A stretch of 64,000 nt of DNA from Malacoraja senta (Eukaryota). Below the pieces are notes generated by a model. It saw only the letters and a list, made by a program, of their open reading frames with translations. It had not been told where the DNA came from and searched no databases. Below are positions 52,125-64,000 of the stretch, in pieces (the stretch's first letter is position 1; each line of letters starts with the position of its first letter). Location: assembly GCA_038087875.1 (NCBI GenBank), contig CM075990.1, positions 7,318,001-7,382,000 on the forward strand. Direction: 5' to 3'. The position numbers and the translations under genes were made by a program.

Positions 52125-52969
52125 CTTGTTGTGTTTTATGACTGTTGGCCGACCAATTTCCCTCCTGGGATAAATAAAGTTTGATCATATCATATGCCAG
52201 CTGCCCTCCTCCATTCTGGTGGGCGAGATCACAAGTAGCCAAGATGGGTAAAGATAGCACCCACTACAACCATTGATAGCCTCCTAACTGCTCTCAAAGT
52301 CCTCTCAATTGATATTTAATATCCCTGGTGACCAGAAGCATTTAAAATAACGCAAAGGGTTTTAAATAACGATATAAAAAATTGCTTCAAGCTCTTTTAG
52401 CTGCTGAAAATTAATTAAAAGCGTTAGGATGGAATAAAATGAGAAAGATATAATTACCTTGTCAGTCAAGATCAGTGGCCCCCATACACGTAATGTACAG
52501 CCAGTTCAGAGAGAAAGAGTGGCCACTGCTTCTTCTGGTGTTGTCCAGTGACAGAATATATATGTAAGGGTGTCAGGGGTTATGGGGAGGAGGCTGGAGA
52601 ATGGGGTTGAGAGGGAAAGATAGAGCAGCCAAGATTGAATGGTGGGGTAGAATAGATGGGCCAAATGGACTAATTCTGCCCCAAGAATGTTATGAACATG
52701 AAAGAGTCCAGTACACGTCTTGCACCTCATTCCTAACTTCAACATTGCCATTTGCAAGCACTGGCATCAGTGCTTATTATGACACAGGTGGAGGCCATTT
52801 GGCCCATCAGCTCCATGACTAATTTAACCTCTTCCCTGTTCTTCCTTCTCAGCCGATTATCAGCCTTTCAGATTCCAACACACCCCTGGTCCAGCCTTGC
52901 TCACCCTATTTCCCTCAAACCTGTCCCATTCACATCACACTGAAGCTTCCTGACCTACACTGGCTCCCT

Positions 52970-53335
52970 CCTGGAAACTTACCGAATAGTGAAAGGCCTG
53001 GATAGAGTGGATGTGGAGAGGATTCGTTCACCAGTGGGAGAGTCCTGCACCAGAGGCCATAGCCCCACAATAACAGGACGTACCTTTAGAAATGAGATGC
53101 GGAGGAATTTCTTTAGTCAGAGGGTGGTGAATCTGTAGAATGCATAGACACAGATGGCAGCGGAGGTCATTAATGGATATTTTTAAGGCAGAGATTGAGA
53201 TTCTTGATTAATAAGGTTATCAGGGATTAAGGGGAGAAGGCAGGAGAATGGGATTGAGAGGGAATGATAGGTCAGCCATGATCAAACAGCAGAGTAGACT
53301 CAATGGGCTGAACGGCTTAATTTTTCTCCCATCTC
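52970..53335 (+). mobile_element. CR1 LINE 3' fragment
   Basis: CR1 C-terminal and 3' UTR motifs. Confidence 0.8.
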
Positions 53336-53419
53336 TTAGGGTGGTATGGTCTCTTGAAAAAACTCATTAGTAATTAGTTGGCCCTGGGGCATGAGTCCTG
53401 TGTGGTTGTTTGTGAGTGA

Positions 53420-53665
53420 AGGGCCTGTCCCACTTGGCCGTCATTTGCGCGTCACGCAGATGGCGCGTAAAGATTTTGTATATCACAAAATCCTGCGATC
53501 CCGCGCACGGCAGCGCGTCACTGCCTATGTCATCACGCACCATGCGCGCGTAATGCACACCATGCGCGCATCACGTGCGTGTCACGACGCGCGCGCCGTG
53601 TGTCGTGACGCGTAAATGATGTCGCGTAAATTACGCGCAAATGACGGCCAAGTGGGACAGGCCCT
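53420..53665. mobile_element. Harbinger-like MITE (246 bp)
   Basis: TIR agggcctgtcccacttggccgtcatttgcgcgt at both ends; TGA duplicated on both flanks. Confidence 0.87.
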
Positions 53666-55312
53666 TGAGGCCAAGATATAGTATATGCAGGTAGTAGGTA
53701 GTTGTTGAAGTCGGGCTTCAGCCATGAAGTAGGGATCAGCCATGATTGAATGGCGGAGTAGACTTGATGGGCCGAATGGCCTAATTCTGCTCTTCGAACA
53801 TATGAACATGAACTTCCCCAGTTTGGTTATCGCCTTCAGTCCAACACCAACACATTTGGCACTCAAGAATGTTTATTTGTCATACACACCGGATATGAAC
53901 CAAGACAATAATATTCTTCCAGCAGCTCTGCAGGCACATTGGAGAAAAGCATTAGACACAAATCTACTGACGCTTCAATTCTGCCCCTTTGCTCATTTAA
54001 TGCCTCCACCACTGGCAGATGTGCTTCCAGTTCTAACGGACCAAAAGTTGGGATTAAACCCTTTCATTCTAGTGATCCCCCCTACCCCTTTGTCCCATCT
54101 CTATGACAAGACCTCTGTGTCCTTTATCAATACTTCTCAGCATCATTTTTAAACGTTGATATTGTCAGACATCATGTGGTTGAGATGGATGATGGTGGGA
54201 TAATGCCATTCTGTGACCTGGCTGATTATTTTTTTGCCTCAAAAGCCTGGATTTCAATGCTCATTTGTCGAAAATAATGAAGTAAAATTGCGAAATAAAA
54301 CGATTGATTTGGAACAGAAACACTTGGCTTGCCACTAGATGCTGCTGCAATACTACTGAACTCCTGGTCAGATGGCATCACTAACTCGGTGGATCACAGG
54401 CGAAATGATGTCGGAAAGAACTGCAGATGCTGGTTTACACCGAAGAAAGACCCAAAGTGCTGGAGTAATTCGGCGGGACAGGCAGCATCTCTGGAGAGCA
54501 GGAATGGGCGACGTTTTGTGTCGAGACCCTTCTTTATCTCAAGAGATGCTGCCTGACTTTCTGAGTTGCACCAACATTTTTTTTTTTGCATTCTTAAAGT
54601 CTGTTTACTTTGGATTCTGAAAGTGTCAGTGTAGAAAGGATCTGAAGAAGGGTCTCGACCCGAAACGTCACCCATTCCTTCCATCCAGAGGTGCTGCCTT
54701 CCCGCTGAGTTACTCCAGCATTTTGTGTCTATCTTCGGAGGATCACGGGACGGATATTGCAGGGGTTTCTTCCCTTCATTATTCAGGAGGGTGCCAAAGC
54801 CAAGGCCAAAGCCAACCTCTATTACCCATCACCTCATGCCGACACGCACCACCGCATTCAGGGACAGTTTCTTCCCAGCTGTTATCAGGCAACTGAATCA
54901 TCCTACCACAACCAGAGAGCAGTGCTGAACTACTATCTACCTCTTTGATCACCCTTGGACTATCCTTGATCGGACTTGCTGGCTTTATCTTGCGCTGAAC
55001 GTTATTCTATTATCATGCATCTATACACATGTATTGTCTTTCTGCTGACTGGTTAGCACGCAACAGAAAAGCTTTTCACTGTACCTTGGTCCATGTGACA
55101 ATAAACTGAACCGAACCTTGAAAACAGAGACTTAATTGGATCTCTTGCTGTGGCCCTGGAGTATTATATATGAGCCATGCCAGATAAGGTTAAACAGGTC
55201 TCCTTTCCTGAAGGTCAAATGCAGACCAGATATAACATGGAGAATAGCTTTTGTTTTAATTCTCCATGTTTTAATTCTCCATTACTAAGTGAATTCAAAT
55301 TCCAAAGCTGCC

Positions 55313-55512
55313 NNNNNNNNNNNNNNNNNNNNNNNNNNNNNNNNNNNNNNNNNNNNNNNNNNNNNNNNNNNNNNNNNNNNNNNNNNNNNNNNNNNNNNNN
55401 NNNNNNNNNNNNNNNNNNNNNNNNNNNNNNNNNNNNNNNNNNNNNNNNNNNNNNNNNNNNNNNNNNNNNNNNNNNNNNNNNNNNNNNNNNNNNNNNNNNN
55501 NNNNNNNNNNNN
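55313..55512. other. Assembly gap (200 N)
   Basis: Run of n. Confidence 1.
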
Positions 55513-57011
55513 ATGTTGAAGAGCCAACTTTAGTATACAATACAATACAACATTTATTGTCATTTGTACCTCAAAGAAGTTCAAACAAAATTGTGTTTAG
55601 GACACTGTTGCACAGTGGAATAGCAGGGTATTGATGATCGAAGTCACCAAGTGCTGGACTAACTCAATGGGTCAGGCAGCATCCCCGGACAACATAGATA
55701 GGTACCATTTTGAGTTGGGACCTTTCTGCAGACTAGCAGATGTCTTCTCTCACACATGATAGAAGGCAATGGATATGGTGGAGGATTGATGAGATTGAGA
55801 GATGTGACAGGACTCAACAATTCGCTCTGTTAAAGGATTGTGTGGAAATGTTCCTGAAGGCAAGTGCTATTATTGGGAACACAGAGCAGAGATGTGCAGT
55901 CGTACATGGAAACGTCACCCATTCCTTCTCTCCAGAGATGCTGCCTCTCCCGCTGAGTTACTCCAGCATTTTGTGTCTCCCCACGATACTTTTGCTGGTG
56001 GTCAGAGACATAGAGGTTAACGAGTACCACAAACCACATACCAGGACTCTTGAGGACATGGTGAAATCCTTTTAATTTGCTACTGGTGGTTAATACGGCC
56101 ACAAGATTGGCCGGTGCATCCTGAGACCAGAGGAATCAGATGTAAACATATGACCGGACTCGAGATTGGCAAAGAAATACAACTTGCAAACCCTCATAGA
56201 TTGGACTTTGGAGGATCACAGTGCATGGACTGGTGAAGGAGAGAGCCTTTCCCTTTGTCGCCTCCTCATAAAATAACTCACTCGCGTTTGTAAGACATGA
56301 CCCGCTCTCACAAAGCCAAAATAAACTGTAAATGGACTCCCAACCCCCACCCTCGCCACGACCCCTCACTCCAGTCACATTCGAGCTTTTTCCTTCTTTC
56401 TAAGGCAAAATCAAACATTGTTAACTGCAGAGGCACAGCGATCTCAGCTTGTCCCTGCAGTTCACCCTTGCCTCAAGTGGAGGTGGAGGTGCTGGCAGTC
56501 TCAGGCTTGCCCTGTCTGTTCAGCTACGTGCTTGAAGAAGAGGCCTTGGTGGCTCAGTCTTTGCCTCTGCGTGTGGGCACAGTCCGTCATTGTCTATGTG
56601 CAGGTAAGAGGCACTGGCAGTCTCAGGCGTGCCCAGGCCATCTGGATCACAGTGGAGGCGCTGGCTGCCCAGGGCCTGTCCTGGCAGCTCGGTTCCTATA
56701 CTAACTTGAAGCACTTACTGCATCCTCCCCACAACTCATACCACCACCCAACTTCAAATCATTTTTCTATCATGAAAGGCCAACATACTAATTGCATGTT
56801 ATACATACGTGGTTGCATGCTGTTAATCAAGGAAACCCTTCATACTCCATCATATTCTGGGATATCCAAATCTTTCTGCTTTCAAACAACTATTAGTTAC
56901 TCCCTGTATAAAATGAATTCTATTTTCTATTCTCTCTTACACAATATACAAACTCACCTTATCCATTCAGCCTATCTCCTTAGCATAGCTTTTGTGTCCC
57001 CATTTCTAATC

Positions 57012-57538
57012 TAATTCCGAATCACATCACCACACCTGAATATCCCCTTCCCATTCCCACACTGACCTTTCTGTCCAGGGCCTCCTCCATTGTCAGAGTG
57101 AGGCCCAGCGCAAATTGGAGGAACAGCACCTCATATTTCGCTTGGGTAGCTCACACCCCAGCCGTATGAACGTTGACGTCTCTAACTTCAAGTAACCCTT
57201 GCTTTCACTCTCTCTCCATCCCTCCCCCTTCCCAGTTCTCCGACCAGTCTTACTGTCTCCGACTACATTTGCTGTTTGCGTTGTTGTTACCTTCTCCCAG
57301 CTAACAATGATCTAGTCTACATTTTCCTTGATCTCCATTTCCTTTGCCCTGTTTTCGCACATTCACACTTCCTTATCTATGTCTCTCCATCCCCCCTGAT
57401 GTCAGACTGAAGAAGGGTCTCGACCCAAAACGTCACCCATTCCTTCTCGCCAGAGATGTTCCCTGTCCCGCTGGGTTACTCTAGCGTTTTGTGTCTATCT
57501 TCAGTTTAAACCAGCATCTGCAGTCCCTTCATACACAC
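57012..57538 (+). mobile_element. Penelope-like element 3' fragment (end of GIY-YIG + 3' repeat)
   Basis: 57062-57190 is nearly identical to 48150-48280 (RKLEEQHLIFRLG). Confidence 0.87.
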
Positions 57539-57749
57539 CTCACCAGAATCGGTGACAATCTCGGGTCAGTTCCAATTCTTGATGTGGTGCACTGCCGTCC
57601 TGAAAACCCCCCACCATTTCCACTTTATGTTCTTTATGCTTTCACCAATCCTTTATCCATTCTCTAATTCACTCTGGATGTGCAATGTGATGGAAAATCA
57701 AGTCATGTTTATTGTAAGTACCAAGTACACTGAGGTGCAGGTACAATGA

Positions 57750-59620
57750 AAAATCTTGCTTCATTTTTCATTTGTCACCACATTTATCAAACACAATTTC
57801 TCTTCCATCAAATTATATTAACACTGCCTAACTAAATTATGATTTTCTAAACACTTCATTATCAAATCTTAAATAACAGATTCCAGTATTCTCCTGACAA
57901 ATGATATCCAACTAACTCGTATATTGTTCTTAATTTTCTCACTTCCTTTTTTCTGCAGTAGTGGTGTTATATTTGATGGATTCCAGATCATCCCACTTCC
58001 TGGAAGTTTCAGAAGATCATTAGTCTATCCATTACATGAAGATAATATCCAGAATCAGAAGGTATTACGTCTATCATCTTCTTATTTTAATAAGTTTGGT
58101 GATATAACTATAATATTACCTATAAATATAACTACATTATAATTTCATCTCCACATATCCATTTACCCCCATTGACCTTTAATCCCATTCCGATCAAGAA
58201 TCTATCGACTTAATGAAAGGCCCAGATAGAGTGGATGTGGAAAGGAGGTTTCTAGTAGCATGAGAGTCTCAGAACATATCTTTCTCAAATGATGAGCTCT
58301 TGTTCTAGATTCTCCCACAAAAGAAGACATCTTAGAGTCATACAGTCATAGAATCATAGTGATACAGTGTGAAAACTGGCCCTTCTGCCCAACTTGCCCA
58401 CACCGACCCAACATGTCCCAGCTACACTAGTCCCACCTGCCAGCGTTTGATCCATATCCCTCTAAACGTGTCCTATTGATCATCTCCACATCCATTTTGC
58501 AAAACCCCTCAGGATCTTGTGTATTTCAACCAAGTCCTCTCTCCATCTGAGGAGCGGTCTGGCCCGAAAGGTCATCCGTCCATGTTGACCAGAGATGCTG
58601 CCTGACCTGCTGAGTTACTATCAACTATTGTTTGTAAAGCAGCATCTGCAGTTCCTTGTTTCTCCCTCTCTCATTCTTCTCAACTACAGAAATCCACAAG
58701 TCTGGACCGTACAACCATCACAAACCCATCCATTCCAGGCATCACCTCTGAAGGAACATCTATGGTCGTCTTTTTGTCCAGTGTTTAGTCAATTAATTTC
58801 TCCATTTTATATTGATGCTATGCTCTTCATTTTCATTGGAATTTTGCTTCCCTGCAATAGCTGGTATATTTACCGAAGATAGAAAATATATGTTTAATGT
58901 CTCAGCCATGTTTTATCGCCCATAACAAATTCTCTTGGATCTCTGGAACACAAATTTAGTTTAGTCTCTCTTTCCTTTTTTACATAGTCCTGGATGCTTA
59001 CAACCATCTATATTTTTCTTGCTAATTTATGTCTGAAGAAAGGTCCCAACATGCATTGTCACTTATCCATGTCCTCCAGAGATGCTGCCTAACCTACTGA
59101 GTTAATCCAGCACTTGTTTTTTTTGTTGTAAACCAGCATCTGCAGTCCCTTGTGTCTCCTTCTTGCTAATTTATTCACATTTTCCTTATTTATTTTTATT
59201 TTTTTTGTATTCTTTTGCTGATTTCTAATACATCCAATTCATATGTTCATTGCTCCTCTTGGCAATATTATAAAATTCCTTTGAGCCTAATATGTTTCTA
59301 AATTTGTTTCATTAGAAATGAATGAATCATTCTTCCTGCAGAGATGCTACTATCCAATAGATTGTAAATCCACAAAGAATCTGAAATAGTTACTTGTTAT
59401 TTTCCACTGGTTATCTCCCCGAAAAACCTTTTAATCCAATTTTCTAACATTTTAACCAGTTGTCCACTTGTAATTATGTAATTAGTTTCTTTAATTTCAA
59501 GATTCAGTTTGGCAAACACAGTGTAATGTTCCACTATATCACTTGACTACTAATTAACCTTGTTGTTGTATATAAATCAGGATCCTAACAATTCTGGAAA
59601 TATTTCATGTACAAATCTTC
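57750..59620 (-). mobile_element. Highly decayed AT-rich LINE (probably CR1) remnants, interrupted by younger repeats
   Basis: Weak resemblance to antisense CR1 RT sequence (e.g. 57880-57950); no intact ORF. Confidence 0.4.
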
Positions 59621-59794
59621 CAAATTATAATTGCATAAAAATAGTCAACGTTAGAAATATTCAGCAGGTTATGCAACATCTGCAAAAAAGATAAAGGGAG
59701 TTAATATTTCAGGTCAATATTTCAGAAAGAAAATGCTCCTTAATTCTTGCTTTGCATTTTTGACATAATCCTCATTTTTCCATGATTAGTCTTT

Positions 59795-60606
59795 TAGTTG
59801 AGTTTAGAGACACAGCATGGAGACAGGCCCTTCGGCCCACCAGCGATCCCCGTACATTAGCACTACCCTACGCACTAGGGATAATTTACAAGCTTTACCA
59901 AAGCCAATTAACCTACAATGACTTACTTACTTACTTACTTACTTACTCACTTACTGCCTATTTTGCCTCCTGGCATGTAGGGCAGCAACGAAGGTCCTCC
60001 ACTCCTGTCTGTTCTGGGCTAGCTTCTGGACACTACCCCAGGTCAGGTCCATTGCTTTCATTTCCTCCTCTACAGTTCGACGCCAGGTGGTTTTGGGTCT
60101 CCCTCTTTTCCTTTTCCCTTCCGGTGTCCAGTGCAGGGCTATTCTTGGGATGCTGTCTGGTTCTCTTCATCCTAGCATCTGTCGATAGCCCTGGAAGTCC
60201 ATCACGCCCAGTAGTGTGGATTCCTTCAGTTGCTGTTTCCGTAACATATTTGTTTTACGAGACAGGGTTGTTAGCCCTGTGCTCAACCCCCAACCTGGAG
60301 GACCAGTGGATCGCTCTTCGTCTCGCCTCTACCCTTTGACCTGTCCAGCATGGGAGACCCTAACAGGAGACGAATCTCCCGCTGGCATAGCTCTAGGGGT
60401 CACTGAGACACACAAGCTCCCCGACCACAACAAGGTTGCAATCCATCAGGGAGAATTAACCTACAAACCTGTACGTATTTGGTGAGTGGGAGGAAACCGG
60501 AGCACCCGTAAGATAACCCACACAGGTTACGAGGAGAATGGGCAAATGCTGTTCAGACAGCACCAGTAGTCAGGATCAAACCTGGGTCTCTGGCGCAGCA
60601 ACTCTA
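59795..60606 (-). mobile_element. HE1-type SINE interrupted by an RTE derivative
   Basis: The SINE halves rejoin at the duplicated aattaacctacaa. Confidence 0.82.
59919..60453 (-). mobile_element. Bipartite non-autonomous RTE-clade element (5' UTR + ORF C-terminus + (TAAG)n tail)
   Basis: 13-bp TSD at 59906-59918 and 60454-60466; manual translation IPRIALHWTPEGKRKRGRPKTTWRRTVEEEMKAMDLTWGSVQKLAQNRQEWRTFVAALHA. Confidence 0.85.
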
Positions 60607-61453
60607 TGGCCCATCGTCCTACACTAAACACGTTGTTAGAGGCATGCAAGTTATGCCTTTGCCTTTTGCCCTTATTATCCCATAACTCTGGTCATACTGA
60701 TTCTGTTTCCTGATCTTTTGATTCAGTTGCACAGTGTAGAATTAGGCCGGTTGGCCCACACCAAGCAGACCATGCATTACATCAAGCACATGCTCACACA
60801 AATCCCACTTTATTCCCTGTACATCCCCACTAAGACCCCCCCCCCCCCCCCCCCAGAGTCCATCACTGACTTTATTCACTGGGGGGCAGTTTACGGCGGT
60901 TAAGTAACCGGGCAGCCTACTTGTTTTTGAGACATGGGAGGAAACTGGAGTAACTAGGGGCAACCCACAGAACAGGCAATTTTCACACAGAAGACATCAG
61001 AGATCCGGATTGAACTCTGGTCACTGGAGCTGTGAGGCAGCAGCACTACTAGCTGAACCATTATGTTGTCTTTGAACCAAGATCATTCCCCACTATTGTC
61101 CTTAAGACATCCCTTTTTATCAGTGTTATCCCATTCCTCCTTCATTTTGTCAGTCCATTTTAAACATCACATTTTCTGGATTAATTACAAGCATTCGCTA
61201 GGCCTCCGGAAAATAAAACCTCATCTTGGCTGTCAGATCAAAACCCATTTGTCGCATTGATTAATCTAACATGATTTTGAATGTTTCTTGAAATCATTCA
61301 AAGACTCCTAAATTGTTTTTCCAGATTTTTCCTAATTAGATTTTTGTTCACAAACTCACCATCTTCTTCTCTTATATTCTGATCATTATTGGCCCAGACT
61401 GCCCTTTGATCAATCGCCTTGAATTTACTCTTTAATTTTCACCTCTCTGAGCT

Positions 61454-62047
61454 TAGTTTATAGTTTAGTTTAGAGATACAGCATGGAAACAGGCCCTTCG
61501 GCCCACTGAGTCAATAGACAACAGACAATAGGTGCAGGAGTAGGCCATTCGGCCCTTCGAGCCAGCACCGCCATTCAATGTGATCATGACTGGTCATCCC
61601 CAATCAGTACGCTGTTCCTGCCTTCTCCCCTGACTCCGCTATCTTTAAGATCCCTATCTAGCTCTCTCTTGAAATTATCCAGAGAACCGGCCTCCACCGC
61701 CCTCTGAGGCAGAGAATTCCACACTCACAACTCTCTGTGAGAAAAAGTGTTTCCTCGTCTCCGTTTTAAATGGCTTACCCCTTATTCTTACACCGAACAG
61801 CGATCCCCGCACATTAACACTACCCTACACACAATAGGGACAATTTTTACATTTACCAAGCCAATTAACCTGCAAACCTGTACGTCTTTGGATTGTGGGA
61901 GGAAACCGAAGATCTCGGAGAAATCTCACGGGGAGAATGTACAAACTCAGTACAAGCACCCGTAGTCGGGATCGAACCCGGGACTCCGGCGCTGCATTCG
62001 CTGTAAGGCAGCAACTCTACCGCTGTGACACCGTGGCCACCGTGGCC
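61454..62047 (-). mobile_element. HE1-type SINE interrupted by a CR1 3' tail (~61512-61790)
   Basis: SINE tail at 61454-61511, CR1 tail, then SINE body and head. Confidence 0.82.
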
Positions 62048-63246
62048 ATTCTCTTGAATCCTTTCCTATCTCCTTTATTACTGTAATGTTTTTTAGAGTT
62101 ATAAAATTAGCACTTGATGGAAACAGTCCCTCTGGCCCAGCGAGTTCATGCTAACTACACAGCACCTTTACAATAATCTAGCATTCATCTATTTTTTTTT
62201 AAATTCTCCTAATTTCTTCATCAACTCCCCTAGATTCCTACCCCTCTCTTAAGAGGAGCAATTCCCAGCAGCCAATTAACTTACCAACCCACACATCTTT
62301 CACTGTGTGTATAACTCGTTATCACGTACCACACAGCCCACAATGGATCATTGTGGGTTCCACCTTTCCTTGATCAATGTTTATTTTTGCATATCTCTCG
62401 TTCATTTGTTGCGTGTGCCATCCATACCTCTCGTTTCCCTTTCCCCTGACTCTCAGCCTGAAGATGGGTCTCGACCCGAAACAACCCCTATTCCTTTTCT
62501 CCAGAGATGTTGCCTGACCCGTTGAGTCTATCTTCGGTGTAAACCAGCATCTGCAGTTCCTTCCTACACACATCTTTGGGATGTGGGAGGAAACAAGAGC
62601 ACTCAGAGGAAACTCACGTGGTCATAGAACGAATATGTATACTCCACATAGAGACCAAGCCAAAGGTCAGGATCAAACTCATATCCCTGGTACTGTCAGG
62701 CAAGGATTCTCCGAGCCGTACCACTGCGCCACTGTATGATTTTAATTGCCCAATGTACCAAGATCTAGAATGGTTTGTGATCATTCCCCAACAGAATAGC
62801 CGCCTCTTTTCACATTGTTATTGTCAGTCTCATGAATTGTAGCTCTCGATACCTACATCACTTTTCGATCAACATATTGTGTTCTCTCAGCTATGGGACA
62901 CTCTGGACAGGACTGTCAATGGACAGAGCTGTGAATGAGCATTTAAAGAAATATTTGATTGAATTGCAGAAGATCTGGGCAATTAACCAATCTTAGTTAG
63001 CGACAGTACACAAAAATGCTGGAGAAACTCAGCGGGTGCAGCAGCATCTATGGAACGAAGGAAATAGGCAACGTTTCGGGCCGAAACCCTTCTTCAGACT
63101 TCATCAGTTAGCGACAGAGTGGGGGATATATAAAACTAATAGAAATGGCTTGTACAATTGTAAGGAGAATTGTGAATCCGGCATGATGTGAGAGATCAAG
63201 ACAACTGGTGAAGTTGCACCCTTTACAGTAATCTAGCATTCATCAA

Positions 63247-63529
63247 GGGCGGCACGGTGGCGCAGCGGTGGAGTTGCTACCTTACAGCGGCGGTGACCCG
63301 GGTTCGATCCCGACTACGGGTGCTGTCTGTATGGAGTTTGTACGTTCTCCGAGATCTTCGGTTTCCTCCCACACTCCAAAGACGTACAGGTATGCAGGTA
63401 AATTGGCTTGGTAAATGTAAACATTTTCCCTAGTGTGTGTAAGATATTGTTAATATGTGGGGATCGCTGGTCGGCGCAGACTTGGTGGGCCGAAGGGCCA
63501 GTTTCCGCGCTGTATCTCTAAACTAAACT
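63247..63529 (+). mobile_element. HE1-type tRNA-derived SINE, near complete
   Basis: gggcggcacggtggcgcagcgg (A box), gggttcgatcc (B box), tail gggccgaagggccagtttccgcgctgtatctctaaactaaac. Confidence 0.88.
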
Positions 63530-63784
63530 GTGGTTGAGTAGTCTCAATGGCAAAGACTGTTGAGGAATATCAAGGGTACCACGGAAGAGACAGCTGATGT
63601 GGTAATTTATGAAATCACAAAATCAGTTAAGACAGTCTTGCTGAGTAATTTTACTTACTGAAGTGTGGAGTTGGATACAGAGTTTAAATTACTGGATAAG
63701 TTCTGCTTCAAATCCCAAAACATAAGCTGTGGAATTTAACTGAAGCTAATAATATGGAATTTGGGACAACATTAATGATGATTT

Positions 63785-64000
63785 TTAGTTTCAGAGAAAC
63801 AGCATAAAAACAGGCCCTTCAGCTGACCAACAATCAACCCGTACACCAGTTCTATCCTAAACATTGGGGGCAATTTATAGAAGCCAATTAACCTACAAAC
63901 CTGGACATCTTTGGTTTTGTGAGAGGAAACCGGAACACCTGGAAAAAACCCACGCAGGTCACGGGGAGAACGTACAACATCTGTACTGACAGCACCCAAA
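63785..64000 (-). mobile_element. HE1-type SINE, cut by the window end
   Basis: Reverse complement of the SINE tail and body. Confidence 0.8.

Noticed and set aside
63247..63320. tRNA gene-like A and B boxes
   Set aside because: Head of a tRNA-derived SINE continuing into SINE body and tail; not a tRNA gene

Overview
This is 64 kb of repeat-dense vertebrate genomic DNA with two 200-N scaffold gaps (20053-20252, 55313-55512). The repeat content (HE1-type tRNA-SINEs and CR1/HER1-type LINEs) points to a cartilaginous fish, probably a skate or ray; that is an inference. No host gene can be identified with confidence, and nearly all ORFs in the track are transposon-derived or low-complexity artefacts. 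Main contents: (1) a structurally complete but inactivated DIRS1-type tyrosine-recombinase retrotransposon (5370-10252, minus) with ITRs, an internal complementary region, gag/RT/RNaseH/adenine-methyltransferase/YR domains and a readable 3-bp integration core inside a CR1 tail; (2) a Penelope-like element (RT + GIY-YIG) and about 20 dispersed short derivatives of its 3' repeat carrying a minimal hammerhead-ribozyme-like motif, several as head-to-head palindromes; (3) a decayed L1 ORF2 and a Rex1/Babar copy with an uninterrupted 570-aa RT ORF; (4) a bipartite RTE derivative with a 13-bp TSD; (5) seven CpG-rich Harbinger-like MITEs sharing one TIR; (6) a hAT-like insertion whose target site seeds a ~770-bp minisatellite; (7) many CR1, L2 and SINE fragments; (8) a few unassigned candidate exons. 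All family assignments come from motif recognition, not database searches.
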